Shown: positions 1 to 10,233, counted from the stretch's first letter. The stretch is 64,000 bases of DNA from Candidatus Omnitrophota bacterium (GCA_003528115.1 DOGZ01000023.1:24231-88230), one strand, 5' to 3'. The notes: generated from the sequence alone by a model not told the origin. A program made the numbers and translations.

Positions 1-2
1 GC

Positions 3-3000
3 GTCACCAGCTTTGGGATTGAGGCCAAGGATAAGGCGATTATGGAGTTCCAACCGGCTAATAAATCTTACCGGCAGACGGCCTTAAAAGGTTTCCGGAC
101 TTTCATTAAGGTAAAATCCGGGGCAGACACGATTTATTGGGAACCCTTCCAAAACTATTTGTTGGGGACGGACTTCAAGAAGAAACAGAAACTTTATATC
201 ACGGCCCATGATCTCACGCTGGAGGAGACGAATTTTGATTTGGGCCTGATCATCCGGGTGAATTATTTTACACTGCCTGAGGAACCCTATGCGGCGCTGG
301 TCCGGCGCGTTTCGATCCGCAATATCGGCAAGACGTCTTGTCAGGTCGAGCTGATCGACGGTCTTCCCATGATCGTTCCGTACGGTTTAAAGGATTGGGC
401 CATTAAGAATATGGCGCGCACCGTTGAGGCCTGGGTGAAGGTCCGCAATCTCAAGAAGAACGCGCCGTATTATCAACTTAATGTGGAGGTTTCGGATAAG
501 CCGGAGGTGACCCATATCAAGGAAGGGAATTTTTATTTTAGTTTTGATCCTGACGCGGACAGCCAGAAGCCCTTGCCGTCGATTGTCGAGGCCTCCTGTG
601 TCTTTGGACAGGCCGTTGATTTTATTGCCCCGGTGAATTTTCTGGCGGAGACCTTTCAAATGCCGGATCAACAGCAGACGAGCAACCGCACGCCGTCGGC
701 GATGAGTTATATTCAATACACGCTGGCGCCGCATCAAGAAAAAGAAATTGTGTCGTTTCTGGGATACGCCCGCAGCGAAGACCAGCTCAACCGCATTGTG
801 AAACAAGTTTCCAAGGCCAAGTTTATCCATCGGAAGGCGGACCGTAACAGGGAGATCATTGAGGAAATCAAGAATTTTGCCTTGACCAAGAGCGCCTCGG
901 ATGAGTTCAATTTATACGCCGGCCACACGTTTCTTGATAATATTTTAAGGGGCGGACTGCCCATTACGGTGAAGACCCAAACCGGACACGTGACGTTCAA
1001 TGTTTACAGCCGCAAGCACGGAGACTTGGAACGGGATTACAATTATTTTGTCGTCGCTCCGACATTTTACTCCCAGGGAAACGGCAACTACCGGGATGTG
1101 AATCAGAACCGCCGTAATGATGTCTGGTTCAACAGGGATGTCAGGGACAGCCATTTGATTAATTTCTTGAGTTTGATTCAGACCGACGGGTACAATCCGC
1201 TTATTGTCAAAGGGGCCACGTTCCGCGTCGAGGATCCGAAAAAGCTGGACGCTATTCTGAAAAGTTGTCTGAAGGGCGAGGACCTGTTACGGGTCAAAGA
1301 ATTTCTGCAAAAGGAATTTCTTCCCGGGGCTCTGCTGGAATATGTCATCCAGAATCAAATCGAATTGAAGATCCCCCTGGAACAGATGTTCAGTCAGATT
1401 TTGGGCATTTGCGTCAAGCAGGAGTCCGCGGATCATGGCGAGGGATTTTGGACCGACCATTGGACCTACAATTTGGATCTCATCGAGAGTTATTTGGCGC
1501 TGTTCCCGGAAGATTTAGGGCGGCTTTTGATGGAGACAAAAGCCTTCAGTTTTTATCAGAATTCCCATTATGTCCTGCCGCGCGCGCAGCGGTATATCCT
1601 GACGGACAAAGGGGTGCGGCAGTATCATTCTGTTGCCGAACCTGACGACGAAGAGAAGGAAAAGAGGAAAAACAAGGATAAGGTTGTGCGGATTAAGAAT
1701 GGCCAAGGGGCGGTTTATTACACGTATTTGACGGGCAAACTCCTCTGCCTGATTGCCAATAAAGCCGCCAGCTTTGATCCCAGCGGAGTCGGGATTGAGA
1801 TGGAGGCGGACAAACCCAATTGGTATGATGCCATAAACGGACTTCCCGGGCTTTTAGGTTCTTCTGTTTCCGAGATGGTCGAATTAAAGAGACTCAGTGT
1901 GTTTGTATCGGAGGCTTTAAAACAAATGGGCGCGCAAGACAGTTTGAAGATCCCCGTCTTTGAAGAATTGGCCTCTTTTGTCACAGGTCTCACGCATGTC
2001 TTGTCGACGGAAGCGAACCCGTTGGTCTATTGGAACAAGGCCAATGATCTCAAGGAGCATTACCGTCATAGGGTGCGCGGCGGCATTGACGGCCGGGAGA
2101 CCACGATGCGTGGCGCTGAAATCCAGATTTTTTTGAACCTTGTTATACAAAGATCACAAAAGGCGATGGAGGCGGCAAGAAATAATGACGGATTTTTGGC
2201 CACCTATTTTTATCATGAAGTCACGGAGCATGTCGTCCTGGATAAAGGCGTCGAAGGGACGAAGCATTTTGTCAGACCGGTCAAATTCAAACGTCATGCC
2301 TTGCCCCTGTTTTTGGAAGGCTATGTCCATGCTTTGAGGACTGTCGGCAATGAAGATCAGGCGCGCGCGTTGTACAAACAAGTGCGTCAGAGCCCCCTGT
2401 TTGACCGCGCGTTAAAGATGTACAAGGTCAACGCGGATTTATCCAAAGAGTCTGAGGAAATTGGACGGACACGGATTTTCCCGGCCGGCTGGTTAGAAAA
2501 TGAGTCGATCTGGCTTCATATGGAATACAAATTTATCCTGGAGCTTTTGCGTAATGGCCTTTATGAGGAGTTTTATGAAAATTTCCGTAACGTGCTTATT
2601 CCTTTCCTGAAGGCCGAGACGTATGGCCGCAGTATCCTGGAGAATTCCTCTTTTCTGGCCAGCAGTGCCCATGAAGACGCGTCCATTCACGGCCAGGGAT
2701 TTGTCGCCCGTCTTTCAGGGAGTACGGCGGAGTTTTTGCATTTATGGATTTTGATGAACGTCGGCCGCAGGCCGTTTTCTTTGAATGCCGAAGGAAAGCT
2801 GATCCTGCAATTGGCGCCGGTCCTGGCCGGATGGTTGTTCACGGACAAGAAATCCAGGATTTCTTTCTTTGATCGGAATCAAAAATGGCAGGCCATTGAA
2901 TTGCCGGAAAATGTTTATGCCTTTAATCTGCTCGGTTCCACCCTTGTTGTTTATCATAATCCGACGCGGGCTGATACCTTCGGCAAGAATAAAGTCAGCA

Positions 3001-3131
3001 TCCACAAGATTCGGCTGATTTATCCAAAAGTCAAACAGCCCGTGACGATCCTCTCCCCGATCATTCCTGAAGTCCATGCGAAGGACATCCGTGATAGAAA
3101 ACTCGAACGCATAGATGTCTATTTTGAATAA
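3..3131 (+). CDS. Large (at least 1029 aa) conserved protein, putative (alpha/alpha)6-barrel glycoside hydrolase/phosphorylase (GH94/GH15-like). The 5' end probably runs off the window.
   Basis: The reading frame is open from the window edge; the first ATG is at 42. A 'NGNYRDVNQNRRNDVWF' segment resembles the G-x-RD-x-Q-D catalytic segment of GH94-type phosphorylases. Family assignment is from memory and not searched. Confidence 0.4.
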   Translation, partial: VTSFGIEAKDKAIMEFQPANKSYRQTALKGFRTFIKVKSGADTIYWEPFQNYLLGTDFKKKQKLYITAHDLTLEETNFDLGLIIRVNYFTLPEEPYAALVRRVSIRNIGKTSCQVELIDGLPMIVPYGLKDWAIKNMARTVEAWVKVRNLKKNAPYYQLNVEVSDKPEVTHIKEGNFYFSFDPDADSQKPLPSIVEASCVFGQAVDFIAPVNFLAETFQMPDQQQTSNRTPSAMSYIQYTLAPHQEKEIVSFLGYARSEDQLNRIVKQVSKAKFIHRKADRNREIIEEIKNFALTKSASDEFNLYAGHTFLDNILRGGLPITVKTQTGHVTFNVYSRKHGDLERDYNYFVVAPTFYSQGNGNYRDVNQNRRNDVWFNRDVRDSHLINFLSLIQTDGYNPLIVKGATFRVEDPKKLDAILKSCLKGEDLLRVKEFLQKEFLPGALLEYVIQNQIELKIPLEQMFSQILGICVKQESADHGEGFWTDHWTYNLDLIESYLALFPEDLGRLLMETKAFSFYQNSHYVLPRAQRYILTDKGVRQYHSVAEPDDEEKEKRKNKDKVVRIKNGQGAVYYTYLTGKLLCLIANKAASFDPSGVGIEMEADKPNWYDAINGLPGLLGSSVSEMVELKRLSVFVSEALKQMGAQDSLKIPVFEELASFVTGLTHVLSTEANPLVYWNKANDLKEHYRHRVRGGIDGRETTMRGAEIQIFLNLVIQRSQKAMEAARNNDGFLATYFYHEVTEHVVLDKGVEGTKHFVRPVKFKRHALPLFLEGYVHALRTVGNEDQARALYKQVRQSPLFDRALKMYKVNADLSKESEEIGRTRIFPAGWLENESIWLHMEYKFILELLRNGLYEEFYENFRNVLIPFLKAETYGRSILENSSFLASSAHEDASIHGQGFVARLSGSTAEFLHLWILMNVGRRPFSLNAEGKLILQLAPVLAGWLFTDKKSRISFFDRNQKWQAIELPENVYAFNLLGSTLVVYHNPTRADTFGKNKVSIHKIRLIYPKVKQPVTILSPIIPEVHAKDIRDRKLERIDVYFE

Positions 3132-3684
3132 GAGATTCCGGGGCCATGGCTGGGGCGGGCGGGCCGTAAGCGTGGGCTTGTTGATCGCGTCTTACGTTGG
3201 TTCCAACGGCCTATTTTCAGCGGCGGCGGACACGCCACCGACCCTGGAGGCCGCGGCGTACTGTAAGAAATCTTATGAAGAAGAGGGGACGTGTCCGGAA
3301 AGGATATGTTCCCTCGCGTGCGCGTCCGGCATTCAGAAACCGGGTTGCGTCTTGAGCTGTGAACTTAAACCCTGTGTGGAAATCAGCGTTGAAGACTGCC
3401 CGTTGGATTCCTGTATTATTCTGACGGGGTGTCGGAATGCCGCCAAGGTCTGTTATTATCCATCCAACTCAGAAATCCCTGTCTGTGGTGATTTGGCTTA
3501 TTTTGGTGACGACAGGGAGTGTTGTAAAGGATTGGTGAAACGCTGCGGCATTGAATTCCTCGATGGTCGTTGTGAAATGTCCGGTGAGAAATCCATTTAC
3601 AGTGTCCCCATCTGCATCCCCTGCGGCAACGGTATCTGCAATCAATTTGAAAATAAATGCAACTGCCCCGAAGATTGCGGGTAA
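3115..3684 (+). CDS. Small secreted cysteine-rich protein (about 22 Cys in about 150 mature residues) with an N-terminal signal peptide
   Basis: The N-terminus 'RAVSVGLLIASYVGSNGLFSAAADT' looks like a signal peptide with an AxA-type cleavage site. Dense C-x(n)-C spacing continues to the C-terminus 'CNQFENKCNCPEDCG'. No family recognised. Confidence 0.5.
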   Translation: MSILNKRFRGHGWGGRAVSVGLLIASYVGSNGLFSAAADTPPTLEAAAYCKKSYEEEGTCPERICSLACASGIQKPGCVLSCELKPCVEISVEDCPLDSCIILTGCRNAAKVCYYPSNSEIPVCGDLAYFGDDRECCKGLVKRCGIEFLDGRCEMSGEKSIYSVPICIPCGNGICNQFENKCNCPEDCG

Positions 3685-3715
3685 CGCCCAATTTTAATCA
3701 TGTCCATTTACAGAA

Positions 3716-4861
3716 TTAAAGCATTTGGACGATTTCTTCCGCCGCGCGATGGCTGGCGCCGGCGGCGCCGAGGGACTCTTTGACCTTGGTAAGCTCTGAT
3801 TTGATGGCGCTGATTTTAATTTCATCGGTGAAAATGCCCTTCAGTTCAGAGGCGATGTTCTGTCCCGTGGCTTGAAACTGGACACACTCCGGCACGATCC
3901 TTTGGCCGGCCACGATGTTCACCAGACCGATGTCGCGGATTTTGACAAAACATTTGGCCAGGACCCATGTCAGGAAGGAGGTCTTGTAAAGGACGACCAT
4001 GGGTTTACGCAGAAGGGCGGTTTCTAAGGTGGCTGTTCCGGAGGTGACCATGCACAGATCGCACGCGTTGATCCCGTCGTAAGTCTGGTTTTCAAGAATG
4101 GGAACGCGCAGAGAGGATGGCGCCAGGGTTGATTCGATGAGGACCTTGTCGATGGACGGGGCTTTGAGAATCAGAAACTGGATCATGGGGAATTCATCTC
4201 TGAGCAGGCGCGCGGCCTCCAGCATCAGGGGGAGGTGCCGTTCGACTTCCTTTGCTCTGGATCCGGGCAGAAGACCGATGGTGAGTTTATACTCCTGAAG
4301 ACCCAATGAACTGAGGAGGTCATTTTTTTCGGTTTTGATTTCTACGCCGTCCACCAGAGGATGGCCGACAAACCGGACTTCCATCCCGAACTTGGCGTAA
4401 AAATCTTTTTCGAATTGAAAAAGAACGAGCATCTTATCAATGTATTTTTTAATCTGAAATACGCGGTTTTTTTTCCAGGCCCACACCTGCGGGCTGATGT
4501 AGTAGATGATCTTGACGCGGCGGTGGCGGCGTTTGATTTCGCGGGCCAGGCGCAGATTGAACCCCGGGTAATCCACAAGGATGACGGCGGCGGGCGCGGT
4601 GTTTTTGATTTTCTTGAGAATCAGATCAAAGGATTTCTTGATTTCTCTGTAATGTTTCAGGACTTCAACAAATCCGACGACGGCCAGGCGTGTTAAATCC
4701 TGATAAAGTTCAACCCCGCGTTCTTGCATCCGAGGGCCGCCCAAGCCGGAGAACGTAAAGCCCAGTTCAAGCTCCTGGATCGCCTTAACCAGATGGGCCG
4801 CGTGCATATCCCCGGAATCCTCACCGGCAACGATGATGATATGTTTGGAAGAAGAATTCAT
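3716..4861 (-). CDS. lpxB: Lipid-A-disaccharide synthase
   Basis: N-terminal 'IIIVAGEDSGDMHAAHLVKAI' GT19 signature, about 380 aa. Confidence 0.85.
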   Translation of the reverse strand: MNSSSKHIIIVAGEDSGDMHAAHLVKAIQELELGFTFSGLGGPRMQERGVELYQDLTRLAVVGFVEVLKHYREIKKSFDLILKKIKNTAPAAVILVDYPGFNLRLAREIKRRHRRVKIIYYISPQVWAWKKNRVFQIKKYIDKMLVLFQFEKDFYAKFGMEVRFVGHPLVDGVEIKTEKNDLLSSLGLQEYKLTIGLLPGSRAKEVERHLPLMLEAARLLRDEFPMIQFLILKAPSIDKVLIESTLAPSSLRVPILENQTYDGINACDLCMVTSGTATLETALLRKPMVVLYKTSFLTWVLAKCFVKIRDIGLVNIVAGQRIVPECVQFQATGQNIASELKGIFTDEIKISAIKSELTKVKESLGAAGASHRAAEEIVQML

Positions 4862-4877
4862 GACAGGAATACGAGCG

Positions 4878-5831
4878 TTATCGCCTACTTTCCGCCAGCG
4901 GGTTGTTTTCTAAATTTTTCCAAATAAGGCGGCTGATCTGTAAGGCCACTTCAAGGGCCGCCTTACCTTCCTGACCAGAAACAAGCGGGGTCTTATTTTC
5001 CCGGAGGCAGTCGATAAAGTGTTCTATTTCTTTTTTAAGCGGCTCCTCTTTTTCAATCGGGAGGCTGTGTTTGAGAATCTGGTTGTCGGACTTCTTGTAA
5101 ATAAAGGCTTCTTGTTTGACGTAGTCCAAGGAAATATAGGTGTCTTTTTGGAAGATGCGGATTTTGCGCATGACTTCATCCGACACACGGCTCGCTGTTA
5201 AATTACAGACGCAGCCGTTCTCAAACGTCAGCCGAACGCTGGCAATGTCCTCAAGCGGCGTCAGGACCGGGACCCCGATGGCTTGAACGTCTTTAAGAGG
5301 GCCTTGAAGGACGCCTAAAATAATGTCGATGTCATGGATCATTAAATCCATGACCACTCCAATGTCGAGCGAGCGGTTCGGAAACTGATTCAGGCGGTGG
5401 CATTCGATAAAGAGGGGTCGATGGGTGAAATGTTTGATGGATTGAAAGGCCGCGTTAAATCGTTCGACGTGGCCTACCTGGATTTTGACGGAGTGTTTTT
5501 GGGCGAGTTGGATCAGTTCTTCCGCCTGCGCCAGGGTTGTTGTCATAGGCTTCTCGATAAAGGTGTGGATGCGGTGTGCCAGGAAAAACTTGGCCACCGC
5601 GTGATGGGATTCGGTGGGAACACAGATGTTGACGGCATCGATCCGGCCGACAAGCGACGCGGGGTCTTGAACAAAAGGGATGTTGTAATGGCCGGCCAAT
5701 CTTTGGGTGCGTTCTTCTTTAATATCGCAGATACCGACAATCTCCACCTTGTCGCTTAATTCAGAGAGGACCTTGAGATGTTTGGACCCCAAATGGCCGA
5801 TGCCGACAATCGCTATTTTGACTTTGTTCAT
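4878..5831 (-). CDS. Gfo/Idh/MocA-family NAD(P)-dependent oxidoreductase (possible GnnA-like UDP-GlcNAc 3-dehydrogenase)
   Basis: N-terminal Rossmann 'KIAIVGIGHLGSKH'. About 317 aa, co-directional and adjacent to lpxB. Confidence 0.6.
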   Translation of the reverse strand: MNKVKIAIVGIGHLGSKHLKVLSELSDKVEIVGICDIKEERTQRLAGHYNIPFVQDPASLVGRIDAVNICVPTESHHAVAKFFLAHRIHTFIEKPMTTTLAQAEELIQLAQKHSVKIQVGHVERFNAAFQSIKHFTHRPLFIECHRLNQFPNRSLDIGVVMDLMIHDIDIILGVLQGPLKDVQAIGVPVLTPLEDIASVRLTFENGCVCNLTASRVSDEVMRKIRIFQKDTYISLDYVKQEAFIYKKSDNQILKHSLPIEKEEPLKKEIEHFIDCLRENKTPLVSGQEGKAALEVALQISRLIWKNLENNPLAESRR

Positions 5832-5924
5832 AGGGCAGAGTAAAGAAGATGAGGGATAGCTTAGGAGTATAAGAATCCTTACACTCAGGTATCATCATAA
5901 TTGGTGTGCAATATAACAAACGCC

Positions 5925-5953
5925 TCGACAAATGTCAATCGATATGCTAGAAT
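5925..5953 (+). promoter_or_regulatory. Putative sigma70 promoter for msbA: -35 TCGACA, 17-nt spacer, -10 TAGAAT
   Basis: Read directly from the sequence, about 60 nt upstream of the msbA ATG. Lies in the divergent intergenic region shared with the lpxB operon. Confidence 0.45.
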
Positions 5954-6011
5954 CCGCCTTCTTTTGAACACGTAAGCCCTCATGTCGTAACTTAAATGGG
6001 CCCAAATACTC

Positions 6012-7805
6012 ATGGAAAATTATTTAAAATTACTGCGGTTTTTAAGGGGGCACCGGAAACTGTTTTCCGTAGCTGTGGCCACGATGTTTGTCGCCAGCTT
6101 TTTCGAAGTGTTTCAGTTGTCGCTCCTGGTCCCGATGGTGGATGTTATTTTTACCCATAAAAAAATCGTCCTTCCCAACGCCCTGCCTCATTTTATTGAA
6201 AATTTGGTTAATCATCTCAACAGCATGGATCCGGCGCGCTTGTTCCCGCTGTTCATCGGGGGGTTCGTCGTTCTTCTTTTATTCAAGAATATTCTCATGT
6301 TCGGTTACCAGTATTTTATGGGGGACGTTTCGCAGAGAATCATGAGGGACATCCGCCTTCAACTGTATGAGAAAATACAGAGTTTATCCCTGGATTATTT
6401 CAGTGAAAAAAGGACCGGGGAACTGGTCTCCCGCATTACCCATGATGTCAATGTCGTTGAGAATGCTGTTTCTTATGGTGTGACAGATCTCTTCCGTCAG
6501 ACGTTTATTATTTTTATGTGGATCGGGACGGCCTTTACGATTGATTCCCATGCCGCGTTTATCATTTTCATCGTCCTGCCGCTTATCGTCTTTCCTATGA
6601 GTAAGATCGGGAAGCGCCTGCGCAAGATATCTAAAGGGACTCAGGAGAAGATGGCGGATATCAACACCCTTTTGCTTGAGACGATTTCCGGCGTAAAATT
6701 AGTCAAGGCTTTTTGCACCGAGGCTTACGAGACAAACCGCTTCAGGGGGCAAAACCACGATTATTATAAATTGAGGATGAAATCGATCAAGAGGCTTATC
6801 CTTATTTCTCCGATCACGGAAATCATCGGAGGGATCTGCGGGGTGGCGCTCATTTTATGGTTTGGCCGGAGGTTGATGGGCGGGGAGTTGTCGTTTGGGG
6901 TTTTTATATTGTTTTTCGCTTCTGTGATGTCCATCATCAGCCCGATCAAAAAGCTTGGCAATGTCAACGCCCTGACGCAGCAGGCGCTGGTGGCCAATGA
7001 GCGTATCTATGATATTTTGAACGCTGAACCAACGGTTAAAGAAAAAATCAATGCGATCTCCGTTCAAGAGATGAAGGCGCAGATTCGGTTTGAAGGCGTT
7101 CGTTTTCATTATGATGAAAAATCAGGGGATGTTTTAAAAGATATTAATTTTGAGGTCCGCAAAGGGGAACTGGTGGCTATCGTAGGTCCGACAGGGACGG
7201 GGAAGACTACGCTGGTCAATTTGATTCCGCGATTTTATGATCCGACCGAAGGCGCGGTGAAAATGGACGGTGTCAACTTGAAGGAAGTCGCGTTTTTATC
7301 CTTGCGTGATCAAATTGGTATTGTGACTCAGGAGACCATCTTATTTAATGATACCGTCCGGGCCAATATTGCCTACGGACATAGACATGCCACGCAATCG
7401 GAGATTGAAGAGGCGGCTCAAAAAGCTTTTGCCCACCCGTTTATTCAGAAGATGCCCAAGAGGTACGAGACCATTATCGGCGATCGCGGTTTTCGTTTGT
7501 CCGGGGGGGAAAAACAGCGCGTATCTATTGCCCGGGCTATTTTAAAAAATCCCCCGATCCTTATTTTAGATGAGGCGACGTCGCAGTTGGACTCGGAATC
7601 AGAAAAATATATTCAAGAGGCCTTGGATGAGCTGATGCGCGGACGGACCGTGGTCGCGATCGCCCACCGGTTATCGACGATTAAAAAGGCGGACAAAATA
7701 GTTGTTTTGGAAAGCGGGAACATCGTTGGCCTGGGGCGTCATGAAGCGCTGCTCGAAACATGTCCCCTTTATCAAAGGCTTTACAGAATGCAGTTTCAGG
7801 CGTAG
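6012..7805 (+). CDS. msbA: Lipid A/phospholipid export ABC transporter (fused permease and ATPase)
   Basis: Six-TM N-terminal half; Walker A 'GPTGTGKTT'; ABC signature 'LSGGEKQRVSIARA'; Walker B 'ILILDEAT'; 597 aa; next to lpxB. Confidence 0.75.
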   Translation: MENYLKLLRFLRGHRKLFSVAVATMFVASFFEVFQLSLLVPMVDVIFTHKKIVLPNALPHFIENLVNHLNSMDPARLFPLFIGGFVVLLLFKNILMFGYQYFMGDVSQRIMRDIRLQLYEKIQSLSLDYFSEKRTGELVSRITHDVNVVENAVSYGVTDLFRQTFIIFMWIGTAFTIDSHAAFIIFIVLPLIVFPMSKIGKRLRKISKGTQEKMADINTLLLETISGVKLVKAFCTEAYETNRFRGQNHDYYKLRMKSIKRLILISPITEIIGGICGVALILWFGRRLMGGELSFGVFILFFASVMSIISPIKKLGNVNALTQQALVANERIYDILNAEPTVKEKINAISVQEMKAQIRFEGVRFHYDEKSGDVLKDINFEVRKGELVAIVGPTGTGKTTLVNLIPRFYDPTEGAVKMDGVNLKEVAFLSLRDQIGIVTQETILFNDTVRANIAYGHRHATQSEIEEAAQKAFAHPFIQKMPKRYETIIGDRGFRLSGGEKQRVSIARAILKNPPILILDEATSQLDSESEKYIQEALDELMRGRTVVAIAHRLSTIKKADKIVVLESGNIVGLGRHEALLETCPLYQRLYRMQFQA

Positions 7806-7855
7806 CACGGTGTACCCACAGGCGCCGTTGTCCCCCATACCCGCTTAAATAAATA

Positions 7856-7884
7856 GTTGCAAAGAAAATAAATATTGAGTATAC
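7856..7884 (+). promoter_or_regulatory. Putative sigma70 promoter for the rpsB-tsf operon: -35 TTGCAA, 17-nt spacer, -10 TATACT
   Basis: Read directly from the sequence. Followed by a structured leader of about 160 nt. Confidence 0.45.
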
Positions 7885-7984
7885 TACGTCAACTTAAATC
7901 AGGATTAACAACAATATTATGCGGATTTTATTCTGGTTGAAGAATATCTATGAAGCATAATATTCACCAATGACGGACGGTGGT

Positions 7985-8008
7985 CGTCTGAGAAATAACT
8001 CTCAGACG
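7985..8008 (+). promoter_or_regulatory. Stable stem-loop in the rpsB 5' leader (CGTCTGAGA / TCTCAGACG). Candidate S2 autoregulatory leader element.
   Basis: A perfect 9-bp inverted repeat with a 6-nt loop, about 40 nt upstream of the rpsB start. rpsB leaders are autoregulated by S2 in many bacteria. Confidence 0.35.
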
Positions 8009-8047
8009 TTTGACCGAAAGTCATTGCGCGACACAAACGGAGGAAAC

Positions 8048-8848
8048 ATGGTTGAAGAATTAGTCAAAAAACTTCTCGAAGCCGGGGTCCATTTCGGGCA
8101 TCAAACAAGACGCTGGAATCCAAGAATGAAAAGATTCATTTTTGGTGAAAGAAGCGGCATTTATATCATTGACCTGGAGAAAACGGTCGAATGCTTGAAC
8201 GCGGCCAGAGATTTTATGCGTGATGTCACGGCCAAAGGAGGCAAGGTTCTTTTTGTCGGAACCAAGAAGCAGGCGCAAATTATTATTGAAGAGGAAGCCA
8301 TCAAGTCCGGGATGTTTTATGTGAAGAATCGCTGGCTGGGCGGTTTATTAACCAATTTTCAAACGGTTAAAAAATCCATTGAAAGATTAAAAGCTATTGA
8401 AAAAATGGCGCAAGATGGGGTTTTGGAACACTTGAAAAAGAAAGAGGTTTCCCGTTTAACCAAAGAGAAAGAAAAACTTTTGCTTAATCTGGGAGGAATT
8501 CGGGATATGCAGAAACTTCCGGATGTGTTGTACCTCATTGATCCGAAGAAAGAAGATATCGCGGTTAAAGAGGCGAAGAAGTTGAATATCAAAATTGTAG
8601 GGATGGTCGATACAAATTGTGATCCGGACAATATTGATTATCCCATTCCCGGGAATGACGACGCCTTAAAATCCATCCGTTTCATCACATCTCTTGTCGC
8701 GGAAAGTGTCAGAGAAGGCAGAAAAGAGTATATGACGAGTGAAGTGGCGACCAAAAAAGATGGACAAACAGAACCTCAGACGCCCTTGAAGGAGAGCGCC
8801 GTTCCCCTCGAGTCTTCAACGGTTTCACCCAATCCTTCTGAAAACTAA
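8048..8848 (+). CDS. rpsB: 30S ribosomal protein S2
   Basis: '[33 protein letters not shown]' is an S2 signature. Start moved to the ATG at 8048, which is preceded by GGAGGA. The upstream in-frame extension from 7970 was rejected. Confidence 0.9.
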   Translation: MVEELVKKLLEAGVHFGHQTRRWNPRMKRFIFGERSGIYIIDLEKTVECLNAARDFMRDVTAKGGKVLFVGTKKQAQIIIEEEAIKSGMFYVKNRWLGGLLTNFQTVKKSIERLKAIEKMAQDGVLEHLKKKEVSRLTKEKEKLLLNLGGIRDMQKLPDVLYLIDPKKEDIAVKEAKKLNIKIVGMVDTNCDPDNIDYPIPGNDDALKSIRFITSLVAESVREGRKEYMTSEVATKKDGQTEPQTPLKESAVPLESSTVSPNPSEN

Positions 8849-8971
8849 GTGTTGAAAAGAATATTCGTTGAGGTTATTGTTGCATCCGGAGTGGCCCCGG
8901 ATCCGCGTTGATGACAACACAATGGAAATTTATAGACGCCCGCTATTTTTGCGAAAGTCACTAGAAAGGGT

Positions 8972-9508
8972 ATGTTAATGGAAATTTCAGTTGATTCGAT
9001 AAAAGAGTTGCGTGAGATGACCTCGTGCGGTGTGATCGAGTGTAAAAAAGCCCTGCAGGAGGCCAATGGCGACATGGTGAAAGCTAAAGAGATTCTCCAG
9101 CGCAGAGGGCTGGAAATCGCGGCGAAAAAAGGGAGCCGCCTGGCCAAAGAGGGACGGATTGAGGCGTACATTCATCCCGGATCTAAAATCGGAGTCTTGG
9201 TGGAGGTCAATTGTGAAACGGACTTCGTCGCCAAGAATGAAGATTTTTGCAAATTCACCAAAGATTTAGCCATGCAGATCGCGGCGGCCCATCCGAAGTA
9301 TATCAAAAGAGAAGACGTCAGTGAGGATGTTTTGAAAGAACAGGACGATCGGGAGACGTTTATCAAGGAAAAATGTCTCGTGGAACAGCCGTTTGTGAAA
9401 GATCCCAAAAAGACGATTCAGGATTGTATCAATGCCTTGATCGCCAGTATTGGGGAGAATATTTACATTAGCCGTTTTGCCAGATACAAGGTCAACGAAA
9501 TTGAATAA
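8972..9508 (+). CDS. tsf: Elongation factor Ts (short form)
   Basis: N-terminal UBA-like '[37 protein letters not shown]'. The start could be the second Met at 8978. Confidence 0.85.
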   Translation: MLMEISVDSIKELREMTSCGVIECKKALQEANGDMVKAKEILQRRGLEIAAKKGSRLAKEGRIEAYIHPGSKIGVLVEVNCETDFVAKNEDFCKFTKDLAMQIAAAHPKYIKREDVSEDVLKEQDDRETFIKEKCLVEQPFVKDPKKTIQDCINALIASIGENIYISRFARYKVNEIE

Positions 9509-10220
9509 GAAACCGATCTATAAACGGATACTGCTGAAATTAAGCGGTGAAGCCTTGTTGGGGAGCCAGCAACACGGGATTGATGCCGAGACCTGCGCTT
9601 CGCTGGCTCATCAAATCAAAGAAATACGCGCCTTGGGGATCAAGATAGCCATGGTTGTCGGTGGAGGAAATATATTCCGTGGCCAGGTGGAATCCAAGCG
9701 TTTTGGATTAGATCGTTCCGTGGCCGATTATATGGGGATGTTAGCGACGGTCCTTAACGGTCTGGCCTTGCAGAACGCCTTGGAACAAATCGATGTCCCA
9801 ACCCGCGTCATGACGGCGATACAGATTTCGGCGATCGCTGAACCTTATATTCGCCGGCGTGCGATTCGTCATTTAGAGAAGGACCGGGTTGTGATCTTTG
9901 TGGCAGGAACCGGAAATCCTTATTTTACGACAGATACAGCCGCCGCCCTCAGGGCCAAGGAGGTGGGCGCGGATGTGATTTTGAAGGCGACCAAAGTGGA
10001 TGGGGTTTATTCCTCGGATCCTTTTGTCGATAAAACCGCCAAGCGGTATAAGAAGTTGAAATTTATCGATGTGTTGAAAAGAAATTTAAGAGTCATGGAC
10101 TCAACGGCTATTAGTATGTGCATGGACAATGGATTGCCTATTGTGGTTTTTAATATATTTGAGAAAGGAAATCTCAGGAAGGCCGTGATGGGACAAAAGA
10201 TTGGAACGGTTGTTCAATAA
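9501..10220 (+). CDS. pyrH: Uridylate (UMP) kinase
   Basis: '[12 protein letters not shown]...[11 protein letters not shown]' signature. The likely start is TTG at 9501, just before the tsf stop. The long ATG ORF from 9450 overlaps tsf. Confidence 0.85.
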   Translation: MNKKPIYKRILLKLSGEALLGSQQHGIDAETCASLAHQIKEIRALGIKIAMVVGGGNIFRGQVESKRFGLDRSVADYMGMLATVLNGLALQNALEQIDVPTRVMTAIQISAIAEPYIRRRAIRHLEKDRVVIFVAGTGNPYFTTDTAAALRAKEVGADVILKATKVDGVYSSDPFVDKTAKRYKKLKFIDVLKRNLRVMDSTAISMCMDNGLPIVVFNIFEKGNLRKAVMGQKIGTVVQ

Positions 10221-10233
10221 TGGGGGCATAAAC

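Noticed and set aside
7970-8047. Upstream in-frame extension of rpsB ([12 protein letters not shown]...)
   Set aside because: The extension covers the structured leader and has no RBS. The ATG at 8048 is preceded by GGAGGA and matches the canonical S2 N-terminus.
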